Positions 8,431 through 17,757 of a stretch of 64,000 bases of DNA are shown here, one piece after another. The position numbers and the translations under genes were made by a program. The DNA is from a virus: positions 974 to 64,973 of the IMG/VR virus record IMGVR_UViG_2786546475_000019. The stretch is one strand, 5' to 3'. The notes beneath the pieces were generated by a model. The model was given only the letters and a program-made list of their open reading frames with translations. It was not told the origin of the DNA and ran no database searches. How positions within the stretch are numbered: position 1 is the stretch's first letter; each line of letters begins with the position of its first letter.

Positions 8431-9531
8431 ATGACGAATTTAAGAACCCTGCTGCTGCTTCTAACAATTGTTGTTTTTCCGTCCATTTGTATCGGACAAG
8501 AGGGTCCAGATATCACTCAATGGCTGAAAGACAAGATCGCGAACCACGAACCTATCAAGTTGGAGCGTGGCGATTACTTCATTACAGAAACGATCAAGCT
8601 TCCAGGCAAGTACGGATCTTCGATTGAGGGTGTCGGTGTGGCTGCTGCTCACTTGTCTTCTGCAAACCCATACAATTGGCAGTCGACACGCATCTTCTGG
8701 CGTGGTGAACCGAATGAAGCCATGTTTCGGGCAGATGGATCGAATCAAACATTTAAAAACCTCACTCTTGTCGGCAAGCCAAGCTACAACGGCTCGACAG
8801 TTGAGGGCGTCGTCGGCGTGAAAGTCTTAAAAGCTCGCGGGCTTGGAACAGGCAAGCATCGATTCGAAAGTGTTTGGTTCCAGAACTTACACTACGGAAC
8901 ACAATGGGGTGAGTCTGCTACAGGGGCAGGTGCAAATTGCGACGAATCGTATTTTGACTCTTGTACATTCATGCAATGCCATTCAGCGACACGGTACGAG
9001 CACAGCCAAGCACTCGGCTTTACGTACATGAATTGTGTCTATAAGCAAGTTGAACGGTGTCATGATATTCAAGCCGGTGGGCATATCACAGCGTACAAGT
9101 GTTTCGTATCACAACCACCAAGCGGCAAGAAAGTTAACTTCTTTCACTTCACCGATGAAGCACAACGACGATATCGTATTGGAACATCGGCTGGAATGAT
9201 CACAGCTTACAATCTTAAGGTGGATTATCAATCAAAAGAAAACTTCCGAGCAGTCTGGATGGACAGCGACGTGAACGGTGTAACGATCACGTTCCGAGAT
9301 TGCCAAGTATCATTCACGGACTACGGCAAGGAACTATTCATCAAGGCAGGTGGTCCTGCAAAGATCGTCATTGATAACTGTCGCTTTCCCGGATATACAA
9401 CCTCACGCTACCAATTGAATACAGATGATCGTGGATTGACGCCAACGATGCAACGACCAACGATGGAATATATTCCACGAGCGATCGATACGGACCCTGT
9501 TCCTTCACCTACACCTATCGGACAAGGCTAA
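8431..9531 (+). CDS. secreted beta-helix-like protein
   Basis: start moved to ATG 8431, giving a signal-like MTNLRTLLLLLTIVVFPSICIGQ; GDYFITETIKLPGKYGSSIEGVG resembles the pectate_lyase_3 N-terminus. Confidence 0.5.
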   Translation: MTNLRTLLLLLTIVVFPSICIGQEGPDITQWLKDKIANHEPIKLERGDYFITETIKLPGKYGSSIEGVGVAAAHLSSANPYNWQSTRIFWRGEPNEAMFRADGSNQTFKNLTLVGKPSYNGSTVEGVVGVKVLKARGLGTGKHRFESVWFQNLHYGTQWGESATGAGANCDESYFDSCTFMQCHSATRYEHSQALGFTYMNCVYKQVERCHDIQAGGHITAYKCFVSQPPSGKKVNFFHFTDEAQRRYRIGTSAGMITAYNLKVDYQSKENFRAVWMDSDVNGVTITFRDCQVSFTDYGKELFIKAGGPAKIVIDNCRFPGYTTSRYQLNTDDRGLTPTMQRPTMEYIPRAIDTDPVPSPTPIGQG

Positions 9532-10265
9532 TGGATTGGACTGTAGCTGTAACTGCTTTAATTGCTTCTTTGCTTGGTTCCGGGGCTACTGGTGGTGCGA
9601 TTGCTGCGTACTTCAAATTTCGTACAAACCAGCAAGCTGTAAAATATGAACAGCAAGAAGTGTTATTCAAACAGATAATGGAGAACGCGAACCGAGCAAC
9701 GGCAAGAGTTGATATCTTGCTCAACGAACTTGCGAAACGCGACGAAGCCATCACTGAACGCAACACTAAAATTGGACAGCTCCAAAACGAAGTTCACGCC
9801 CTATCCGAAAAGGTCGATCGGCTCCGCAAGCAGATTAAACAAATGGAGTCTAACCGAATAGCCTACGACACCATGCACGTAGTCGAAGGTATGATGGACA
9901 CGTTCCCGTTCCCAGCTTGGCTACACTCAGTTGGCGAGAATAAATGGTACGTCAACGACGCATATTGCAAAGCATTTGGAATACACCGCGACACGTTCTG
10001 GCAAGGGGTAAACATCTTGGCGATGTACCCCGCTGAAATTGCGGCAAAGTACGTTCAACATGATATGAAAGTGGTAGAGTCCAATATGGGTTCGCTGTTT
10101 ACCGAGCAAGTCAGCAAAAACGTGATGCAACACGATCCACAATCTGAATTTGAGTGTGACATTTACAAGATGCCAATTGTAGCAGGCGGGAAAAGATACA
10201 TTTTCGGGCTGGCAAAGCTTGGGCATGACGTATGGGGCAACAAACTAGCAACTATTTCAGACTAA
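9531..10265 (+). CDS. TM anchor, coiled coil and PAS-like domain protein
   Basis: N-terminal TM, heptad region (ITERNTKIGQLQNEVHALSEKVDRLRKQIKQME), C-terminal PAS-like pattern (WYVNDAYCKAFGIHRDTFWQGVNILAMYPAE). Confidence 0.45.
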   Translation: MDWTVAVTALIASLLGSGATGGAIAAYFKFRTNQQAVKYEQQEVLFKQIMENANRATARVDILLNELAKRDEAITERNTKIGQLQNEVHALSEKVDRLRKQIKQMESNRIAYDTMHVVEGMMDTFPFPAWLHSVGENKWYVNDAYCKAFGIHRDTFWQGVNILAMYPAEIAAKYVQHDMKVVESNMGSLFTEQVSKNVMQHDPQSEFECDIYKMPIVAGGKRYIFGLAKLGHDVWGNKLATISD

Positions 10266-10274
10266 GGTGATAAA

Positions 10275-10526
10275 ATGAATACCGTTATTATGGGGGTAAC
10301 AGTTAGTTGGAAAACTACTGTTGCTGCAATTCTTTCCTCTCTGGCTGCTATTTTTATGGTGCTAGCTGCTTATTTTGATGGCGACCCAGCCACGATCCCT
10401 AATTGGGAAACTGCAGCAATTGCCGTGTTGGCAATCGGCCAAATGATTATTGGGGTTTTTACTAAGGACAATGATAAGTCCACTGAAGACCATAAACTTC
10501 CTCGTAAACGATTGAGGACAAAATAA
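10275..10526 (+). CDS. small two-TM protein, holin-like
   Basis: 83 aa, two hydrophobic helices and a basic C-terminus (KLPRKRLRTK). Confidence 0.4.
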   Translation: MNTVIMGVTVSWKTTVAAILSSLAAIFMVLAAYFDGDPATIPNWETAAIAVLAIGQMIIGVFTKDNDKSTEDHKLPRKRLRTK

Positions 10527-11554
10527 TGGCTACTACCAAAACATTACTTCAAGGCTTTGACGGGCGGGAAGACTTTCGTGATATGCTTCGCGAAATGCGA
10601 ACGGCTGCCCTTCGGTCTTGGGACATTACTCTTGCAATACGTATTCGCAAAGTTCTTCGAAACAATAAACTGTTTGAAAAAGTCTACGACCATGCAACTG
10701 TAACTTCGGCTCAAGCTCTACTTGATAGTCCACGGCTCTCGGAATTTGGCGATGGGGAGTTTGGCAAATGGTTCCTCGATTGGTTCAAGAACGGTGGGGC
10801 TCAAGCTATCATTGAGTTCATTCGAGCATTGCTCCCGTTGTTTGGAGCTTTTATGAGCGTTCTGTTACCGCTTCTTATCACTTTGTCTTTGTGTGCCACG
10901 GCCCAAGGTCAAAGTATCAAAGGAGCCGAAACTGCTAAACCGGGATCGCTCGTTGTCTTAACGCCGGTGGATGCTGACGATGTTCGAACAGTTTGGAACT
11001 TGAATTACCCCGAACAATTCGAGGAGTATGCAGAAGAAAACGGCAAGCTTTTCATTGCAATGCCGTCAAAAACAATTTCGTTTTCACTTCTGGTGATTCC
11101 AAACGATACAACACTCCCAATTCGTAACCTACGTCATACAGTTTCTCCGTCTGACGCTCCAGTGGTTCCGGGCCCCGGTCCTGATCCAGTAGTGCCGAAA
11201 CCTCCAGAGATTGACGTAACTCAATCTCCAATTTATCAATTTGTCAAGAACAGTTTTGAGAGTATCCCGGACCCTAATAAGCGAGAAAGGGCCGGTAAGC
11301 TTGCAAAATCCTTTGGCATCATTTGTGCTCAAATCAAGAATAAAGAAATTACAACAGTCAACGACCTCTTGACTGATATTCGAGAGGCTAACCTGAAAGA
11401 TTGGCCCGAAGACTCTAGGCAACTGTGGACCTCTTTCCGTAACGGTATGGCTCGCCAGTTTGATACTTTGGAAGACGCTGGGGAGTTGGAGACCGTTGAC
11501 GATTTCTACCTTCATTTGAAAGCAATTCAAGTCGCTCTTGAGGAGTCAGTTTAA
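10526..11554 (+). CDS. hypothetical protein with a central TM segment and a Pro-rich linker
   Basis: 342-aa ORF; TAATG overlap. Confidence 0.5.
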   Translation: MATTKTLLQGFDGREDFRDMLREMRTAALRSWDITLAIRIRKVLRNNKLFEKVYDHATVTSAQALLDSPRLSEFGDGEFGKWFLDWFKNGGAQAIIEFIRALLPLFGAFMSVLLPLLITLSLCATAQGQSIKGAETAKPGSLVVLTPVDADDVRTVWNLNYPEQFEEYAEENGKLFIAMPSKTISFSLLVIPNDTTLPIRNLRHTVSPSDAPVVPGPGPDPVVPKPPEIDVTQSPIYQFVKNSFESIPDPNKRERAGKLAKSFGIICAQIKNKEITTVNDLLTDIREANLKDWPEDSRQLWTSFRNGMARQFDTLEDAGELETVDDFYLHLKAIQVALEESV

Positions 11555-12492
11555 TGTACCCAATTCGTAGATTACCCGACGACCTTATCGTCAGTGAAGG
11601 GTTAACAGCTAAACAAATCAAAAGACAAGACGTTGGCTGGGATGAAATTGATCTCCAGCTTGATAAAGCTTTTGGCCGAGAAAATGAAAACCGATGCCCG
11701 ATTTTTATTGCAGACACCGGTCTTCCTGAACATCCAGATATTCCTAAAGCCCAAGAAGCTTGGAATTTTACCGACGACCCTTCTGTTGTGGATTTGAACT
11801 TCCACAGCACTTGGATCAATGGTAAGATGACGGCGTACAACAATGATATTGGGTACGAAGGTATTTGCCCTGAGGATACTCCAGTATTCATACTTAAAGT
11901 CTTGAACAATCAGGGTTCTGGTTGGCGTATGCTTCAAGCAATGCGTAAAGCGTTAGATTTCTGGGTCAACCATCCTAAACGTCGCTCAGGGGAGTGGGTT
12001 GCGGCAGTTTATAATATGAGTTACGGGGGTGGCGGCTATTCACAAGATGAACAAATTTTGTTTAAGGATATGATAAAAGAGAACATTCTTCCGTTTGCTG
12101 CCAGCGGCAATGAAGGACGTTCGGCTCCCTCATTCCCTGCGAAATATGAAGGAGTTCTATCAGTTGGAGCTTATGACCCTCAACGAGAGAAAGCAAGCTT
12201 TACTAATTACGGCCCGTGGACTGATTTTGTTGCTCCCGGCGTCAACGTCCCTTCCACAATCGGCAAAAACAAGTACGGCCCATATAGTGGGACGTCAATG
12301 GCTTGCCCAATTAAAGCAGCGTGTGCCGCTAATTTTATCAGCTCTCGCCCTAATGATAAATGGATGCATGATGTTCCAGGTTATCAAGAAGCTGTACAAC
12401 CGTATATGGAGAATCTGCCCGGCACTTGGGATGGAGACGGAGTATTCCTTCCCGCAAAAGGAACAGTTCGCAACAAATACTTTTTCTGGTAA
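11554..12492 (+). CDS. subtilisin-like serine protease (peptidase S8)
   Basis: Asp motif IFIADTGL, His motif FHSTWINGK, oxyanion YNMSYGGGG, Ser motif YSGTSMACPIKAA; no signal peptide. Confidence 0.8.
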   Translation: MYPIRRLPDDLIVSEGLTAKQIKRQDVGWDEIDLQLDKAFGRENENRCPIFIADTGLPEHPDIPKAQEAWNFTDDPSVVDLNFHSTWINGKMTAYNNDIGYEGICPEDTPVFILKVLNNQGSGWRMLQAMRKALDFWVNHPKRRSGEWVAAVYNMSYGGGGYSQDEQILFKDMIKENILPFAASGNEGRSAPSFPAKYEGVLSVGAYDPQREKASFTNYGPWTDFVAPGVNVPSTIGKNKYGPYSGTSMACPIKAACAANFISSRPNDKWMHDVPGYQEAVQPYMENLPGTWDGDGVFLPAKGTVRNKYFFW

Positions 12493-12502
12493 AGGAGATC
12501 CC

Positions 12503-12961
12503 ATGAGATCACTACTATTATCAATGCTGACTTTGTCACTTGTTTGTTTTATTTCGTCTATTGGAACAGCAAGCACTCCGCTTACGTTTCAAGACGCTTT
12601 CAACCCCTGCCCTAACGGAGTGTGTCCAACTCCAGTACAAGGCGTCACGGTTCGCAAACCTTTGCTTCGCCCACAAACCACGATCTATGAAGCTTGGGAC
12701 GCGACACAAGGAGTTGTTCAATATTCCCAACCAGTGATAATTTCACAAGGAGTTGTTGAACAATTCACCGCCCCAGTCCAAGAGGTTATGACTACGGAAG
12801 TCGTTTACGAGTACACAACTTTATCAAACGCCATGTACTCGCAATGTGCGACTGCCAATATGGCAGTCGATATTCAACGACGGCGACGTAACTTGGTAAC
12901 GGCGTGGCGACAAAGACCTGGACTATTTGGATGGCGTAAACGACGAGGGCTATGTCAATGA
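12503..12961 (+). CDS. small secreted protein
   Basis: start moved to ATG 12503 (AAGGAG RBS at 12492); signal-like MRSLLLSMLTLSLVCFISSIGTAS; basic C-terminus. Confidence 0.5.
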   Translation: MRSLLLSMLTLSLVCFISSIGTASTPLTFQDAFNPCPNGVCPTPVQGVTVRKPLLRPQTTIYEAWDATQGVVQYSQPVIISQGVVEQFTAPVQEVMTTEVVYEYTTLSNAMYSQCATANMAVDIQRRRRNLVTAWRQRPGLFGWRKRRGLCQ

Positions 12962-13218
12962 ATCCAGTAGCTCACACCCTTCGATTGATATCAGTGACAG
13001 CAACAGCCGAAACTCTTAAGAGCCAAAACGATTTGTTCCACGGAGCTTCGGAAATTCGAGTGACCCCTGCTGCTGATATTACAATGAAGGATTTGCAGAC
13101 GGGAGCTTCTGTTACATTAACTTCCGGCCAAACACATTCCCTACCTGCCGCTAACGTTGCGACAGAATTTCAATTCACCACAAGTGGAGCCGAAGTGTTC
13201 CAAGTTTACTCCGCATGA
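12952..13218 (+). CDS. hypothetical protein
   Basis: 88-aa ORF immediately upstream of the terminase. Confidence 0.45.
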   Translation: MSMNPVAHTLRLISVTATAETLKSQNDLFHGASEIRVTPAADITMKDLQTGASVTLTSGQTHSLPAANVATEFQFTTSGAEVFQVYSA

Positions 13219-14894
13219 TAACTGAACTGTTTGACCATTTAGCCGAAAGCTTAACCCACAGCACAATCACAAATTGTGCTCAGTGGGCGTTAGAGCGTAG
13301 GGTTATGGGACGACCGTTCGAGGGCCCATGGAATTTTAAATTATTTCCGTGGTTATACACTCCGCACGTTTCCAACCATCCATTTCGGTTGGCATTGAAA
13401 GGTGCTCAATTAGGGTTTACAGAGTGGGCAATTAACGAAGCTTTTTACGCTATTGATCATAAGCGTTCAAATGTTTTATATTGTCTGCCTACAAAGGGCA
13501 ACGCGGGTGACTTTTCAACCACCCGCTTCAACCCTGCCCTAGCCCTTAGCCCCTATATCGCGAACTTGTTCTCTGGTGCAGATAATGTATCATTGAAGAC
13601 GGCAGGTTCTCGGTCACTGTATATTAGGGGTTCAAAGGCTAGAGCAGACTTGAAGTCTTTGCCAATTACTGTTTTGATACTTGACGAAATTGATGAAATG
13701 CCTAAAGAGTCAATCTCTCTAGCTCATCATCGTCTTGATGGACAAGCCGTAGGTTCAACTTCATTGCTTGAATTATCAACTCCTACTCTACCTGATATGG
13801 GGATTGACGCTGAGTACAAATTATCAAACCAGATGATTTACGTATTCCAGTGCCCAGGATGTAGCAAGTATATTGACTTGCAATACCCTAGGAATTTTAA
13901 GCTAACTGCTACGCGAATGAACGATCCTGACATTGAAAAGAGTTATTTCTTTTGTCACGAGTGTGATTACGTAATAGACCACGAAGCCAAACCAGAGATT
14001 TTTAAATGCAAGGAAATGGGCGGCACGGGTCACTACAGACCGCAAGTAAAATATGCTGACCGAGAAGGGTACTATGTAAATCAAATGTACTCCTCGGCCA
14101 AAGGCGGAACGCCAATTGAGTGGGCTAAAGCCGTAATACTTGCAGAAACAAATCCGTCAAAAGAACAAGAGCTTTGGAACTCTAAAGTTGGTAAAGGCCA
14201 TGCAACAGAGAACGCAAAGCTAGAAGAAGGAGTCTTAGAGCAGCATAAGCGAAACTACACTATTGCCGACTACGAACTCCATGATAATCGTATTAGAACA
14301 ATTGGGTGTGATGTTGGAGCAGTTTGCGATTTAGTGTGCTTAGAGTGGACGTGGGAGTCTGATCTTGGCCTGCCTAATGATAGATACCGTCCTCGACTGG
14401 TAGGTGAATTATCATTGCCCCGATCTTCGGAAGATGCCCGAGCCATTTTGGACTACTTCCGAAAGATGAACGCTCATATGTTTGTTATGGATTCCGAACC
14501 TGAAAGTCGTTTTGCTCGACAAGTCATCAATTTGCTAGGCGACTATGGGTTCATGTGTGATTATGGGAAAGGATACAAAGCAGGACAAGTTAATGTTAAA
14601 GAAGAAGATGGCTTTATCACTGTAAATCGAACTACATGGTTGGATATAACTATGTCTCGATTCACAGCTGCTAACAAAGACGGAACAGATTTACCTAGCG
14701 ACATAAGCGAACGATTCCTTCAACATATGACAGCCCCTGCTAGATATTACAAAGATGATGCAAATGGCGACCCCATAGCTATTTACAAAAATGAAAAAGC
14801 GGATCACTTGTTTCATGCGTGGACCTACGCTGAGATAGGATTGCCTCTTTACTTCCTAACAGCCGAAGGCGAAGATATCGATGTTATCTTTTAG
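13215..14894 (+). CDS. terL: terminase large subunit, GpA-like
   Basis: LKGAQLGFTEWAINEAFYAIDH...LYCLPTKGNAGDFSTTRFNPAL and zinc-ribbon FQCPGCSKYIDL resemble the lambda GpA family; followed by a portal-sized ORF. Confidence 0.75.
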   Translation: MITELFDHLAESLTHSTITNCAQWALERRVMGRPFEGPWNFKLFPWLYTPHVSNHPFRLALKGAQLGFTEWAINEAFYAIDHKRSNVLYCLPTKGNAGDFSTTRFNPALALSPYIANLFSGADNVSLKTAGSRSLYIRGSKARADLKSLPITVLILDEIDEMPKESISLAHHRLDGQAVGSTSLLELSTPTLPDMGIDAEYKLSNQMIYVFQCPGCSKYIDLQYPRNFKLTATRMNDPDIEKSYFFCHECDYVIDHEAKPEIFKCKEMGGTGHYRPQVKYADREGYYVNQMYSSAKGGTPIEWAKAVILAETNPSKEQELWNSKVGKGHATENAKLEEGVLEQHKRNYTIADYELHDNRIRTIGCDVGAVCDLVCLEWTWESDLGLPNDRYRPRLVGELSLPRSSEDARAILDYFRKMNAHMFVMDSEPESRFARQVINLLGDYGFMCDYGKGYKAGQVNVKEEDGFITVNRTTWLDITMSRFTAANKDGTDLPSDISERFLQHMTAPARYYKDDANGDPIAIYKNEKADHLFHAWTYAEIGLPLYFLTAEGEDIDVIF

Positions 14895-16407
14895 AAACAC
14901 TTCCGACTCGTTCAACTTTGATTTGAATATTACCAAATGGTATGAAGCTTATTATGGCGGGTATCAATTCATTGATAAATATCTGTACCAACAATCAAGC
15001 GAAAAGACAACTGAATTTGAGATACGTAAAAAGATTGCGTACAACCCTCCAGTATTGCAAAACGAGGTAGATCGTATTTTAAGAGCCGTCCAAGAACGTT
15101 TGCACTTGGTCAAACGGCGTAACGGCTCTCGAACCTATCAACAAATGGTAGCAGGAGAGAACGGCGGAGTAGATTATTTTGAGACCAACATGAATTTGTT
15201 TATGGCGGATCAAGTTCTACTTCACTTACTGATAGGCGGCGGGTGTGGAATCTTTATTGATAATTACGGCCCCGAAGATTTAACGTTTGAAGGGAACACT
15301 CACCCGTTCCTTCGAGTAGTTCCTCGTTACAAAATCACGCAAATGGAATACGGAGCTAATCGACAATTTGATAAAGTTTGTTTTGAAAATTTCAAATTTG
15401 AACGAGATTCAGACGGTCAACTTTGGTACACAGTTTACGACACGGACCCCGAAAAAGAGAAAGAGATCGATACACAAGGCCAATTGGAACTAAGCCGTAT
15501 TCCTTTTGTGTGGATTGAAATGCCACGACCCTTGTTGCGAGATGCAGCTGATATGCAAATTGCTTTGTTGAACCAACACTCAACTGAGCTTGAGTTCGCT
15601 ACCAAGTACAACTTTCCAATTTATTACGAGTACACGTCTCCTCGCGGTGGCGGAGACGTGCGTGATAAAAATCGAGAAATTGAACTTACCAAAACAAAAG
15701 GACGTAAAGTTAAACAAGGTTCTGGCCCTCCAGGTTATGTTACCCCGCCAACTGAAAATTTGGACGCGTCCATGCGTAAGAGTGAGCAGATCACTCAATT
15801 GATAAAAGACACTATCAATTCGAACATGGAAGAAAATAAAGAGGATGGTCAAAGCGGCTTGTCCTCATTGGGTCGCTTAATGGAGCGAGCGGAAAATGAA
15901 GTAGCCACGCTTCTAGAAGAATATATCAATGAAGGCGGACAAGCAAGAGTTTGTTACCCAAAAGTGTTCACCCTTCAAACGGTTGAAGAACGAACAGCTG
16001 AAGCTGAACTGTTTGAAAAAATGAGCAATTGCGTACCATCCAAAACGTTTCGAATGGTAACGCATAAGCAAAAAGCAGAAACGCTACTTGGCCCTGTTCT
16101 AACTACCGAAGAACTTGATGTTATATTCAAAGAGATCGAAGAAGCTCCGGCTTCGTGTGTAAACCCTGAAATGCTTTTAAAGCTTCTAGAAAAAGGAGCT
16201 TTGACTACTCATTTAGTTAATGAAATTCTTGGGTATCCTGCTGACGAAGCAGATAAAGCTTTGGAGCAACTTGCTGACCGAATGGCCGTCACTGTGGTAG
16301 CTCAAAGCAAAGCTAAAGAAGTTCAAAGTGATAGTTTACCAGACGACGCTCGACAAGCTCAACGCGGCGAGCAAGATGTTCCTAATGATATTGGAGAGCC
16401 TACCTAA
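14881..16407 (+). CDS. portal protein
   Basis: 508 aa, directly after terL with an overlap; acidic C-terminus; called by synteny. Confidence 0.6.
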   Translation: MLSFRNTSDSFNFDLNITKWYEAYYGGYQFIDKYLYQQSSEKTTEFEIRKKIAYNPPVLQNEVDRILRAVQERLHLVKRRNGSRTYQQMVAGENGGVDYFETNMNLFMADQVLLHLLIGGGCGIFIDNYGPEDLTFEGNTHPFLRVVPRYKITQMEYGANRQFDKVCFENFKFERDSDGQLWYTVYDTDPEKEKEIDTQGQLELSRIPFVWIEMPRPLLRDAADMQIALLNQHSTELEFATKYNFPIYYEYTSPRGGGDVRDKNREIELTKTKGRKVKQGSGPPGYVTPPTENLDASMRKSEQITQLIKDTINSNMEENKEDGQSGLSSLGRLMERAENEVATLLEEYINEGGQARVCYPKVFTLQTVEERTAEAELFEKMSNCVPSKTFRMVTHKQKAETLLGPVLTTEELDVIFKEIEEAPASCVNPEMLLKLLEKGALTTHLVNEILGYPADEADKALEQLADRMAVTVVAQSKAKEVQSDSLPDDARQAQRGEQDVPNDIGEPT

Positions 16408-16859
16408 TGTACGGAACAATTGCAGAAGCTGATATTTATTTCACAACAAAACAATTTGATAACTTGAACGTCTGGCGAGACGCTCTAGACACTGATAAAA
16501 CAATCGCGTTAACTCAAGCCGCTCTACAGATTGATGGTTTGAAATACGCAACGGATACTCCATCTGGCCAAGAACATAAGTTTCCCTTGACGGGCCAAGA
16601 TGCAGTACCTACTAACGTAAAATATGCAGCGTATGAGATTGCTCGTGCGTTGCTATTTGGTGCGGACCCCAATCAAGATGATGAACTTCTTGACGCATCG
16701 GGAATTACTTTAGGAGAAATGCAAGTTTCCAAAGACCTAAAGTATATCTCAAGGGCGAAAGACAATGGAATTTCTTCTGCTGTCGCTTTTAAGTTTTTAT
16801 TACCGTACCTTATCAGTGACGATTACATTGATATTGTACGAGACCAACCCTCTGTTTAG
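16407..16859 (+). CDS. head-tail connector / gp6-like adaptor
   Basis: N-terminal YGTIAEADIYF...W...ALTQAALQID pattern common in connector proteins; position after the portal. Confidence 0.4.
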   Translation: MYGTIAEADIYFTTKQFDNLNVWRDALDTDKTIALTQAALQIDGLKYATDTPSGQEHKFPLTGQDAVPTNVKYAAYEIARALLFGADPNQDDELLDASGITLGEMQVSKDLKYISRAKDNGISSAVAFKFLLPYLISDDYIDIVRDQPSV

Positions 16860-16871
16860 AAAGAGAGATTT

Positions 16872-17738
16872 ATGTTTGTTCCATTTTATCAACGCTTTCA
16901 ACTACCATTTTTGAATGTTGACGACGGTGCTGGCGGTTCTGGTGGCAGCAGCGAAGGTGATACTGGAGAAGGTGATACTGGAGAAGGAGGCTCTTTTGAA
17001 CCTATCACTTCTCAAGATCAACTAAACCGTGTCATCGGTTCGCGAATTGCTAAAGTCAAAACGCAAGCTGAGAAGCTACAGAGTCAACTGGAAGCTGTAA
17101 AGCAAGAGAAGCGTGCAACTCTTGAACACTTGAAAGAGCTTGAACAAAATCATTCGTTAAGTGAAGAACAACGAGAGAAGAATCGGTCAAAAATCCAAGA
17201 ACTCGAAAACTCTCTAATGACAGAGAAAGAACGAGCTGAAAAAAGGGCCAAAGAACTCTCTACAAAACATCAAAAAGAGTTGAAAGCTCTGGAAGATGAA
17301 AAAGACACTTGGCGGTCTCGTTATGAAAATTCAAGCATTGAACGTGCTATCAAAGACGCGGCTCTTGAACATGGAGCTAAAGTTCCAAACCAGATTTTTA
17401 GTATGCTTCGCGGCAACACGAAACTGGAAGAAATTGTTGAAGATGGGCAAGCAACTGGCAGGTTCCAATCTGTGACTACTATCATGGGTTACGGAGAAGA
17501 TGGAGAAAATGTTACAGATTTCACTTTGCCAACCGCAGAAGCAATTGCTAAGATGCGGGAAGATGGCTTGAATGATAATCTGTTCGACTCCAAACAAAAA
17601 GCTGGAACTGGTCGAGGCGGACGAACCGGGACTCAACGATACACCGCAGATCGTCCACCTGTTCCTGCCGATTTCGGCGGAGATATGGACGCTTTCAAAG
17701 ACGCTTACGACGACTGGCGTAAGAAATTTTTAACTTAA
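16872..17738 (+). CDS. scaffolding protein
   Basis: 288 aa, highly charged coiled coil, between portal and capsid genes. Confidence 0.6.
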   Translation: MFVPFYQRFQLPFLNVDDGAGGSGGSSEGDTGEGDTGEGGSFEPITSQDQLNRVIGSRIAKVKTQAEKLQSQLEAVKQEKRATLEHLKELEQNHSLSEEQREKNRSKIQELENSLMTEKERAEKRAKELSTKHQKELKALEDEKDTWRSRYENSSIERAIKDAALEHGAKVPNQIFSMLRGNTKLEEIVEDGQATGRFQSVTTIMGYGEDGENVTDFTLPTAEAIAKMREDGLNDNLFDSKQKAGTGRGGRTGTQRYTADRPPVPADFGGDMDAFKDAYDDWRKKFLT

Positions 17739-17757
17739 ACACTACAGGAGATGAAGT

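Noticed and set aside
12095-12502. Long N-terminal extension of ORF 12095..12961 overlapping the S8 protease
   Set aside because: The protease frame carries the catalytic motifs. The downstream ATG 12503 has an AAGGAG RBS and yields a signal peptide.
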